From: Candidatus Krumholzibacteriia bacterium
Lineage (GTDB): Bacteria; Krumholzibacteriota; Krumholzibacteriia; Krumholzibacteriales; Krumholzibacteriaceae
Assembly (NCBI GenBank): GCA_963836185.1
Contig: CAWIIQ010000001.1
Location: 352,001 to 416,000, forward strand
Direction: 5' to 3'
DNA length: 64,000 nucleotides
The position numbers were made by a program, and so were the translations under genes. Shown here piece after piece: positions 1 to 9,568 of this stretch (within the stretch, counting starts at the first letter, position 1; each line of letters begins with the position of its first letter). The notes under the pieces were generated by a model, which saw nothing but the letters and a program-made list of their open reading frames with translations, was not told the DNA's origin and made no database searches.

Positions 1-1
1 A

Positions 2-943
2 ATAGTCTGCACCGCCGGCGACGGAGGCGCGATAAACCTGTTCGACATCTCGAAAGGGCTCGTGCCTCCTGCGTACATAGGCAGAGCCGGCACACGGGGC
101 CTCTCTCTCGATGTCGAAGTGTCGGGTGATTTCGCGTATGTCGCCGACATGAACTACGGGCTGAAGGTGTTGGACATCAGCTCGCCTGACTCGCCCCGGG
201 AAGTGGGCAGGGTCGTGGGGCACTCCGATGCGATGGCGGTCGCTCTCTCGGGCGATTACGCTTATGTCGCCTTCGTGGGTGGCCTCCAGGTCGTGGATAT
301 CACCGATCCTCGCTCGCCTGATGTCGTGGGCAGTGCGGACTTGCAGGGGCCGGTACAGGATGTCGCTGTCCAGGGTGACTATGCTTACCTTGTCAACATC
401 TGGGGTCTTCACGTGATAGATATCTCGGAGCCCGACTCGCCATTCGTAACGGGGAGTTACATTACGCCCGGCATGGCAGTCAGTGTCGACGTATCCGGTC
501 ATTTCGCCTACGTCGCCGACATAAACTCGGGATTCACGGTGATAGATATCTCGATGCCGGACTCGCCCGAGCCCGTGGGTCTCAATCCCGTGCTCACCAC
601 GGCGAACAGTGTGGCCGTCCACGGCGACTACGCATACGTGACCGACGACACGGCTCTCCACATTGTGAATATCACCGTCAGGGGCCTTTACCCGGTCGAC
701 GGCAGCCTTGAGACGCCGGGCGAAGCGGTGCACGTCACGTTATCCGGGGACTATGCCTACATATCGGACTCGGGATTCGGCGTGCAGGTGGTAGACATCT
801 CGGAGCCGACTTCACCGGTCCTGACGGGCGGGATAAATGTATATGCGCTGGGCACCGCCCACGCCGGCGACTTCGTATGCGTCGCTGGTTCGATCGACGG
901 GCTGTGGACCATACCGAGGCAGTGCGGGGACGAGGGGGATTGA
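2..943 (+). CDS. LVIVD-repeat (beta-propeller) protein, 5'-truncated by the window edge
   Basis: The frame is open from position 2. It has about seven repeats of the type V-x-V-S-G-D-Y-A-Y-V-A-D...G-L-x-V-V-D-I-S-x-P-x-S-P. Confidence 0.85.
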   Translation: MVCTAGDGGAINLFDISKGLVPPAYIGRAGTRGLSLDVEVSGDFAYVADMNYGLKVLDISSPDSPREVGRVVGHSDAMAVALSGDYAYVAFVGGLQVVDITDPRSPDVVGSADLQGPVQDVAVQGDYAYLVNIWGLHVIDISEPDSPFVTGSYITPGMAVSVDVSGHFAYVADINSGFTVIDISMPDSPEPVGLNPVLTTANSVAVHGDYAYVTDDTALHIVNITVRGLYPVDGSLETPGEAVHVTLSGDYAYISDSGFGVQVVDISEPTSPVLTGGINVYALGTAHAGDFVCVAGSIDGLWTIPRQCGDEGD

Positions 944-952
944 TCGTTCCGG

Positions 953-990
953 ACAGCTACCCGGCCATCGCCCCGTATTTCGATCTCACA
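953..990 (+). repeat. Direct repeat A, left copy
   Basis: acagctacccggccatcgccccgtatttcgatctcaca matches 6133-6170 at 35/38 positions. Confidence 0.9.
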
Positions 991-1009
991 CCAGTCCGGC
1001 TTTGATGCA

Positions 1010-1038
1010 TTGAGAAACGCCATGGATTGTGATATAAT
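1010..1038 (+). promoter_or_regulatory. Sigma70-type promoter
   Basis: TTGAGA-17 nt-TATAAT with a TG extended -10, upstream of the gene at 1169. Confidence 0.7.
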
Positions 1039-1168
1039 GGCACGCGGTTTAAATATCTCAACATATGACAATGACAAACTGATCGGCGGCGTTTCTGTTG
1101 CCATCCCTGCGATTTCGTGACGCCGTCCGGGATTCGTTGCTATGCGTATCTACAAGGAGGGGTTTCCA

Positions 1169-4100
1169 ATGACTCGTACTGGAAAGTCGATTCTATCTGC
1201 AGTTCTGTTCCTGCTTGTGCTCAGTGTCATGCAGACATCGGATGGAACAGCAGCTACATTTGAAACATGGTATGGCACGGATCGAGTTGAATATCTGTTT
1301 GCTGTGATAGAGGCAAGTGATGGAAATTTCGTCGTGGCTGGTTACGGGGATACAGATGACTCAATATTATACGCTCATCTTGCCAAGCTGGATGCAACCG
1401 GGGATACACTCTGGACGAAAAGATATAATGCTTCATCCTGGCAGTTTGTCCAATCGCTGGTGGAACTTGACGACAGCAGCCTGGTTGTTGTCGGCGGATT
1501 CGCATATGATGGGCAGTCGAGAGGGTATGTTATCAAGACGGATGCGCAGGGTGATACCATCTGGACGAAGCTGGTCGCAGAGGATAGCTACTCCCGCATC
1601 GAAAAAGTTCGACTGGCATCGGACGGTTCACTTCTTCTTGCGGGGATCAAACATAATGCAATATCCCCCACGTCCAGCATGGACGTTTTCATGCTTCGGC
1701 TGGATGAGAACGGCGACACACTCAGTTCCAATTTATATGGCGGTCTTGGGGATGACATGTGTTCCGACATACTCGAATTATCGACAGGTGAATATATCAT
1801 TGTTGGGGTAACGACTCCGCCCCCTGCTGCCATGCTAAAGACCAAGTCCCCTTCGCTACCCACTCTCCTGTCATCTCTGAAAGCGCCCTTGTTTGATGAA
1901 TATGACCCGTATGGACATATTTACTTCCTGGATTCGGGGCGGTCGGTGGTCTGGGAGGACACCATTTCCAACGCAGGCTGGGGGAAATGGAGTGTTGAGG
2001 AAATAGGAGATCACGAAGTCATCCTGACTGGAGTGGTCAATACAGCGCCTCTAAATGCAGATATCTTCCTTTCTCGGATCGATGCTTCTCCAGGTGGAGG
2101 AGTAGAGTGGATGAGAACCATAAACTGGCCCGAAGATGATGACAGCAGGGCGATTGCGAAGTTCTCGAACGATCTGTTCCTGGTAGTCGGCAATACAAAG
2201 TCGCTTGATCCTGCGGGAGATTACGATGGGGACGTTGTTCTGCTGGATATCCATGGTGACACGCTGTATACGAAGCTCTATGACGATGATGACGACTGGG
2301 AAGAGTTGTCATCGATCTGTATGACCGGTGATGGAGATTTTATATCCGTGGGTGGCTCTGTAAACCCGGGCGGAGGACCTTATGATGCTTACGTGATCAA
2401 AGACAGTGTTCCTTCCCTTGCCGCTTTCAAAGCATCGGCAACTTCCGGGGATGCTCCCCTGACGGTGCAGTTTAACGATATTTCAACATTTACGCCAACC
2501 AGCTGGGAGTGGGATTTCGACGATAATGGTACTGTAGATTCCTATTCTCAGAATCCCTCATTCGAATATACAAATCCGGGGATATATTCGGTTGAGTTGG
2601 TAGCCAGCGATGGTGTGACAAATTATTCGCGCGTGAAAAGCGAGTTTATAGTAGTCGGAGACACGATTTTCTTCACTGCAAGTCCTACTGAAGGCTACAA
2701 CCCGCTCACGGTCTATTTCAATGATCACTCCGGCGGCGATCCGACAGCCTGGGAGTGGGATTTTAATAATGACGGGACGGTCGATTCGTACGAGCAGAAC
2801 CCGATTCATACTTACGATACCATCGGAGTGTACTCGGTCAAACTGGAGGTGTGGTACGGAGAAGAGTCCCAGGTACTTATCCAGAGTGATTACATCACGA
2901 TCGATTTAAAAATTCTGACTGTAAAACCCGATGGAACGGGAGATTTCCCCACTATCCAGGGAGCGATCAACAATTCATATGATGGCTGGATCATCGAACT
3001 GACAGATGGGGTATTCACTGGCGAGGGTAACAGGGAACTGGTGATGGGCGGCAGACAACTTACTGTCAGGTCACAAAGTGACGATCCTGAAGCCTGCATC
3101 ATAGACTGCGAGGGCGCTGCCAGAGGGTTCAGTATATACGAGTATGAGGGACTGGAATGTAATGTGGTCATACGGGGAATAACTATCAGGAATGGCTACA
3201 TTGACGTCGATGCTTTGGGGGGCGGGATTCAATGCTTCGCTTCCGAACCGTCAATAATCAACTGCCATCTTGTCAACAATTACGCTTCTGAAAGTGGAGG
3301 CGGTATCGGATGTTTTGATTGCTCGCCCACTATAAGCGAGTGTGTGTTTATTGGCAATGAGAGCGGAGATAAGGGTGGAGGTCTATATATCGTCGAAGAT
3401 CATGTTGCTGAAACGGATCCTGTGGATGTGTCGGGATGTGAGTTTATTGATAACGTCGCGATAGACGGAGGCGGATTATATCTCTGGAATTATGTCGGCG
3501 AAGTGACAGATTGTTCGTTCTCGGGGAATTCCGCCTCTTACGGGGGTGGTATCTGGGGCGGTAACAATAGTGAAATCGTATTGACTGGTTGCAGGATCAC
3601 CGAAAACACAGTCAGCGATGATGGCGGAGGGCTGCATTTTAACGGCTGGGACCTGGTGCTGAACGACTGTCTGGTATCCGGAAACAACGCAATATCAGCT
3701 GGAGGCGGGTGTTATATAGTAACCAACACCCTGTTGATCACCGGGTGTACTGTCGTGGCGGATTCCGCGGGTACGGGGCTGGCGGGAGGATTGGAGATAA
3801 TTGCCAGCTCTGCTTTAGTGGATAACACACTTATAGCGTTTAATGGTGGGTTGGGGATATTCGGCCCTCCAGGTATGTCGATATCATGTTCAGATATTTT
3901 CGGAAATGAGGATGGAGACTGGACAGGGTCAATAACGGATCAGCTTGGAACGAACGGAAACATCTCGGAAGATCCGCTGTTCTGCGACCTTTCAGGCAAT
4001 ATCTATACCTTACGCGATGGTTCTCCATGTTTGCCGGCCGCGAATCCATCCTGCGGACTTATAGGCGTAGATACGGTCGGATGCATAGAGGCCCAGTTCA

Positions 4101-6013
4101 CTGCCGATCCTACCCGTGGACTGGCGCCTGTGACCGTGCAGTTCACTGATCTTACGCCCGGTTCTCCCGATGCCTGGGCCTGGGATTTCCAGAATGACGG
4201 TATTGTTGATTCAACGTCACAGAATCCCTCGTTCGAATACCAGGAAGGTGGAGCGCACTCGGTGAGCCTCAAGACCTACCTGGCTGGAGAATTGATCGCC
4301 TCTACGGTCAAGCATGATCTGATCGATCTTATGGATGGCAACAATGTGTTAATCGAGCCTATGGAGATCCTTTCGCAGGATACGCTTCCTCTTCCAATAG
4401 TCTATCTTGGATCCGAGCCCTGGGCGCGATCTCGCTTTATTTCGACTACGATGATACAAAACTCGAATTCATCGGGATAGAGACGTATGTTCCCGGGGAA
4501 TTCTTTTCTGGTGGTATTGTAGATGTGGGAAAGATCTCAGTGCAATGGTTCGACGAGACAGGAGGGAGCGATCCTATTGTTCCCGGGGTCGATCCTGACA
4601 CACTATTTGCCATCCGGTTCGCGAACCTTGTCGTGACAGACACCACTCTTGTGTCTTTCGATATTCCACAGTGTGCGCTGGGTGATGCGATCGGAGATCC
4701 CATACCGGATGTCCACTGGTTTGATGAGGTCTCCCTACGGAGTGGTACGCATCGATATCGGCGCCTACATTTCGGGAAATGTGGACTACTACTGGATGGC
4801 CTCTCCGGTACCAGGAGCGCTGTTGTCCTTAGGGCCTCCGAATCCCGATGTATATACTGACGCGACCGGGCATTTCGCGTTCGAACGCTATCCGTTCGGA
4901 AATTACGTTCTTAACATAGGCAAGATCGATGACCTTGGAGGCATTAATGCGCTCGATGCGATCAAGATCATCAGGCACAGTACGGGAGTGGAACTATTCA
5001 ACAATTCTTACAAGGAGCTGGCAGCGAACGTCAATGGGGATGGAAACATCAACGCACTCGATGCAATCAAGATTGTTCGTGCATCGGTCGAACTGGAACC
5101 CCTTGCATCTGGAGACTGGTACTTCGAACCCGATTCCGTACAGATCTATGATCTTAATGATGATCGCACGGATGATTTCCTGGCAGTGCGCATGGGCGAC
5201 GTTAACGGGGACTGGGCACCTGACCTGGGGGCAGCCCCGATGATAGCATCGGGTGATTTTTCCGAAAGGCCGTCGTCACCGCTGGAAACGGTTGTCCTGG
5301 CGCTGCCGCACGATACAGTCGGAACCGATGCGGATTCCGTGTACGTTCCGATTGATGTAACGGAATTCAATGACATTGGTGCCATATCCCTCCGGATTAC
5401 CTTTGAGGACACTGTTCTCGCCTATGACAGGCTTGAAAGTAACTGCAGCGCCACCTTCACCTCCAACCTGATCGGCAACGAGATCAGGATCGAATGGTTT
5501 GACGGAACAGGAGGATTCAATCCGTTGAACCTTGGAACCGGGACACTTCTGACGCTCTATTTTGAGGTCATCGGAGCGGAGGATGATGCATCGGCCCTGG
5601 ACATAACCGATCTGTCCACAATCGCCGATGCAGCAGGCGATCCTATCGGAGATGTCGAATTTAGTGATGGCAGCGTAACAATAGTACATCTTACTGGAAC
5701 AGGTGGAGATACTGGCATACCCAGTGCGTTCATGCTGCACAACTGCTGGCCCAATCCATTCAATCCATCGACACATATCCAGTTTGACATACCTGGCGGT
5801 AATGGCTCGGGTGTCGGAACGAGTCTGAAGATCTACAATGTATCCGGGCAGCTGGTAAGGACCCTGGTTGATGCTCAACTGGACCCCGGAAGATACGACG
5901 TCGTCTGGAATGGACAAAACGACTCGGGGGAGAATACTGCCTCAGGAGTTTATTTCTACAGGCTTGAAGCTGGAAGATATGTAAGTACCAAGAAAATGGT
6001 GCTTTTACGTTAA
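1169..6013 (+). CDS. Large secreted protein (about 1600 aa): signal peptide, propeller-like repeats, 2 PKD, right-handed beta-helix, PKD, cohesin, dockerin-like, cohesin, FlgD-Ig/T9SS-like CTD; split by two frameshifts
   Basis: ORFs 1142..4480, 4525..4860 and 4649..6013 join at C-runs near 4420 and 4735. RBS AAGGAGG precedes ATG 1169. PKD motifs SWEWDFDDNG...QNP; GGG-rich beta-helix; NVNGDGNINALDA; PNPFNP...GVYFYRL...KKMVLLR. Confidence 0.85.
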
Positions 6014-6040
6014 GAGCTAGTATTGACAGATAAATATGTA

Positions 6041-6065
6041 CAGGGCGGCCACCGTGGCCGCCCTG
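6041..6065. terminator. Probable bidirectional terminator hairpin
   Basis: Perfect 11-bp stem CAGGGCGGCCA-ccg-TGGCCGCCCTG between convergent genes; no long U-tract. Confidence 0.65.
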
Positions 6066-6132
6066 CGTAATAAATGGGGCGATTTGGAGGTGGCTCAGGC
6101 CGCCAGGCGGTCACCTCTCCGTGTACCGCCTC

Positions 6133-6170
6133 ACCGCTGCCCGGCCATCGCCCCGTATTTAGATCTCACA
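6133..6170 (+). repeat. Direct repeat A, right copy
   Basis: accgctgcccggccatcgccccgtatttagatctcaca; abuts the stop codon of the VWA gene. Confidence 0.9.
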
Positions 6171-8090
6171 TCATTTGCTCGCCAGCCCGATTATCAGGTC
6201 GGTCCGCTCGACCTGGCGGATGAACTCGGCCCGGTAACCGTTGTCATCGTCACCCTTGGCCTTTTTCGCCAGATCCTGCACATCATCGAGCCCAATGCCC
6301 CCCATATGCGCGGATTCCCGCAGAATCATCGCGTACATCGCGACAGCAGCGGAGAACCTCAGGTCTTCCGAGGATTTCTTCACCGCAACCGGCCCGTCCG
6401 CGACAACGGTAGTGATGAGCTTGCTCTTGTCGCCGTCGGGCTCCTTGTAGCGTACGTGAACCGTTACGACCTCGTTGCTCTTCATCGCCTCGTCACTAAG
6501 CTTCGTGTCGATGTATTTCAGGTCGTCCTTAACGAACGAGCTGACATCCTTCAGCACATCATCCCCGCTGAAATCCGCCGGTACGATCTCGTAGAGCGCC
6601 GTGACACTGTGGCCCGCGCCGATCTCCCCGGCGTCCTTCTTGTCGTCCTCGAAGTCCTCCTTGTTCAGCAGCCGGTTCTCGTAACCGATCAGCCGGTAAG
6701 AGGCGACCTTCATCGGGTTGAACTCGACCTGGATCTTCACATCCTTGGCGATCGTGTAGAGGGTCGAGGTCAGATCGTCGACGAAGACCTTCTTCGCCTC
6801 GAGGAGGTTGTCGATATAGGCATGGTTGCCGTTCCCCTTGTCGGCGAGCTTCTCAAGGCGATCGTCCTTGTAGTTACCCATCCCGAACCCGAGCACGGTC
6901 AGGAAGATCCCGCTCTCGCGCTTCTCCTCGATCATCTCGACCAGATCGTCCGTGTTCGAGATGCCGACGTTGAAATCCCCGTCGGTCGCGAGGATGACGC
7001 GGTTGTTCCCGCCCGGGATGAAATGCGTCTCGGCCATCTCGTAGGCGAGCTGGATACCGGCGTGCCCGGCGGTCGAGCCTCCGGCCCTCAGGCCGCGGAT
7101 GGCGTCCTTGATCTTCTCGCTGTCATGGGCAAAGGTAGGCTCAAGGGCAAGCTCCGAATGCCCCGCATACGTCACGATGGCGACCTGGTCGTTTTCGGCC
7201 AGCTGGTCGACGAGCAGCAGGAACGCCTTCCTGAGCAGCGGGAGCTTGTTTTCCGCCCTCATCGATCCCGAGACGTCGATGAGGAAGACGAGGCTGCTTG
7301 TCTTGCGGTCCTCCACGTCGAGCTCCTCGCCCTGCAGGCCGATGTGGACGATGTTGTGATCCGCGTTCCACGGGCAGACGGCGTACTCGAGGGTGATCGA
7401 GAACGGCACGTCGCCTTCGGGCTTCTCGTAGTCGTAATCGAAATAGTTGATGAACTCCTCGACCCTGATCGCTTCTTTCGGCGGCATCATGTCCATCATG
7501 ATGAATCGCCGGGCGTTCGCGTAAGAGGCGACGTCCACGTCGATCGAGAATGTCGAGAGCGGGTTGCCGATCGCCGGCAGGAATCCGTTCTCCTCGATAT
7601 TCGCGTAATCCTCCGTGCCGGGGTAATAGCGTGGATCACCGTAGTGTCCCGGGGACATGCAGCCGCCCCTGACATGGAGCATGGACGGTGAAGTGGTGCT
7701 ATGCGCTACGCTGCCGCCCCTGACGTTGATCTGCACCTGCTCGGCCTCGACGACGAGCTCCTGCGTCGTTCCGACGATCATCTCCTCCATCTTGAAGTCG
7801 AGCGTGGATTTCTGCCCGGCTATAATGACGACATTGTGAATCTCGACCGGCTTGTAGCCCATCATCATCACCTTGATCGTGTATGTGCCGGCGGGGATCC
7901 CGTCGATGCAGTAGGAGCCGTCGGACAGGGCCATGCCTCCGAGCTTCGTGCCGACTACCACTACATTTGCGTATGGCAGGGGTACACCGGTATTACCGGC
8001 AGTGACGGTCCCGCAGATCTTGCCTGTCTCGACCGCCGCGACTGTCGAGACGATCAGGGCGAGGATGAAGACGGTTAACAGTGCTTTCAT
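6171..8090 (-). CDS. YfbK-like von Willebrand factor A protein (carboxypeptidase-regulatory-like domain, vWF_A, VWA, DUF3520)
   Basis: Signal peptide; PLSTFSIDVDVASY; MIDAS motif DVSGS; ILATDGDFNVG; IAKDVKIQVEFNP; DAGEIGAGHSVTALYEI. Confidence 0.9.
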   Translation of the reverse strand: MKALLTVFILALIVSTVAAVETGKICGTVTAGNTGVPLPYANVVVVGTKLGGMALSDGSYCIDGIPAGTYTIKVMMMGYKPVEIHNVVIIAGQKSTLDFKMEEMIVGTTQELVVEAEQVQINVRGGSVAHSTTSPSMLHVRGGCMSPGHYGDPRYYPGTEDYANIEENGFLPAIGNPLSTFSIDVDVASYANARRFIMMDMMPPKEAIRVEEFINYFDYDYEKPEGDVPFSITLEYAVCPWNADHNIVHIGLQGEELDVEDRKTSSLVFLIDVSGSMRAENKLPLLRKAFLLLVDQLAENDQVAIVTYAGHSELALEPTFAHDSEKIKDAIRGLRAGGSTAGHAGIQLAYEMAETHFIPGGNNRVILATDGDFNVGISNTDDLVEMIEEKRESGIFLTVLGFGMGNYKDDRLEKLADKGNGNHAYIDNLLEAKKVFVDDLTSTLYTIAKDVKIQVEFNPMKVASYRLIGYENRLLNKEDFEDDKKDAGEIGAGHSVTALYEIVPADFSGDDVLKDVSSFVKDDLKYIDTKLSDEAMKSNEVVTVHVRYKEPDGDKSKLITTVVADGPVAVKKSSEDLRFSAAVAMYAMILRESAHMGGIGLDDVQDLAKKAKGDDDNGYRAEFIRQVERTDLIIGLASK

Positions 8091-8238
8091 GGCCTGCTCT
8101 CCTTTCCCTTACCCTCTTATTAGTACATTCAAGAGGGCGTCCGGTTCCTGGTTCGGTGTGGCGGAAACTGGCCGAAAGCAACCTGATTTATACGGTGGGG
8201 CACCGGTTGTGCGTGGGAATAGAGCTGCGCCGAACGGT

Positions 8239-8730
8239 TCAGCGCAGCTTGAACCAGACCGGGACGGCGATCATTGATCTCACCGGCATGTCCCGCTGCA
8301 TCGCGGGCGCAAACTCGAATTGTACAGCGGCGGCAATGGCGGCCTTCTCCATAGCTGGTGTGACGTCCGATTCGATGACGGCCACCGCTTCGACATTGCC
8401 GTAGGAGCCGACCGTCACATTCAGCAGGATCCTGCCCTCGACCCCGGCGGACATGGCCAGCATGGGATATTCAGGCGGGAGCACCTTGATAAGCTCGGGC
8501 TTTCTGCTCCAGGCGAAGAACTCTCCGGACCCTTTGCGGGGTACGGGGATGGCGTGCAGACTGGAGAGATCCAGTTCCTCCGGGGGAGGCAGCTTGCCCG
8601 GATCATTTCTCATCAAAGCGGCGGGCTTGAATTCGATCGTGCTTACGGCGACCTGTATCTGCTGGGCCTCGGCTCCACAGGAGCAGAGAACGAGCAGAAC
8701 AGCGATCAGCGCGATTGCATGAGTCTTCAT
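8239..8730 (-). CDS. TonB C-terminal domain protein with signal peptide
   Basis: PEYPMLAMSAGVEGRILLNVTVG..G.V...FEFAPAMQRDMPV...VPVWFKL. Confidence 0.85.
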   Translation of the reverse strand: MKTHAIALIAVLLVLCSCGAEAQQIQVAVSTIEFKPAALMRNDPGKLPPPEELDLSSLHAIPVPRKGSGEFFAWSRKPELIKVLPPEYPMLAMSAGVEGRILLNVTVGSYGNVEAVAVIESDVTPAMEKAAIAAAVQFEFAPAMQRDMPVRSMIAVPVWFKLR

Positions 8731-8756
8731 GACTTTTCCCTCCTGAGAAAAACGAT

Positions 8757-9377
8757 TCAGCGCAGCCTGAACCAGACCGGGACGGCCATAAGTGACCTCA
8801 CCGGGATGTTCCGCTGCATCGCGGGCTCAAACTCGAACCGAAGAACGGCGGAAATGGCTGCCTTCTCCATAGCGGGAGTGACGTCGGAACGGATAACGGA
8901 TGCCTTCTCGACGCGGCCGTCGGCGCCGATGGTGACCCGCAGCAGCACCTTGCCCTCGATGCCGGCGTCCCTGGCCAGTCTGGGATAAGACGGCGTGAAC
9001 GCCCTGGTAAGCACAGGCATCCGGTCCCAGGCGACGAACTCCTCGACCTCCTGCCTGGGCATGGGGGCGAACTTGAAGTCGGCAGGATCCCGCAGGGATG
9101 TTATCGGCATCCTGATCTCTTCCTCGCCCTCGCCTTCCACGATATTGGGGATCTGGTCGATGACAGGGGGTATGACCTCATCCGGTTCCGTGATGACTTT
9201 GGGAGGGGGAGGAGTGCCGCACCCTTCAAGGATCAGTCTCGGTTCTGGTATATAGGGATCAAACTCGAATGGTGGTATCAGATAGAAAACGAGGAAATGA
9301 ACGATGAGTGTCGCGACAAACGCCTCAACGATGTACTTGCCGTATCCTTCCTTGAACTGGGCCTGAGCGGTGTTCAT
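8757..9377 (-). CDS. tonB: Energy transducer TonB family protein
   Basis: N-terminal TM segment with His, Pro-rich linker, YPRLARDAGIEGKVLLRVTIGADG. GGGAGG RBS precedes ATG 9377. Confidence 0.8.
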   Translation of the reverse strand: MNTAQAQFKEGYGKYIVEAFVATLIVHFLVFYLIPPFEFDPYIPEPRLILEGCGTPPPPKVITEPDEVIPPVIDQIPNIVEGEGEEEIRMPITSLRDPADFKFAPMPRQEVEEFVAWDRMPVLTRAFTPSYPRLARDAGIEGKVLLRVTIGADGRVEKASVIRSDVTPAMEKAAISAVLRFEFEPAMQRNIPVRSLMAVPVWFRLR

Positions 9378-9568
9378 CTCCAACCTCCCCGAGTAAAATG
9401 GTGGGGGCAGTTCCCTGTGAACCCAAGTTTTAGTGATGGTAGCGATTGGCAACGAGTTAAGATGGATACAGGACGGTGGAGGGATCTGTCTGAAAGATAC
9501 AGGATAGGGCGTTAATCCGCAAGAACTTGGTTCTGAGGATGCTTATTAATCAAGACTAGTACCTATTG

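Noticed and set aside
6075-6155. GGGGCGAT...ATCGCCCC as a tRNA or tmRNA
   Set aside because: No T-loop GTTCRA, no anticodon arm and no CCA end.
6036-7691. Long shadow ORFs (also 19710..20801, 38968..39915, 42371..44047, 51506..52438 and the 5' half of 19676..21607)
   Set aside because: They are antisense or alternative frames of well-supported GC-rich genes and have no motifs of their own.
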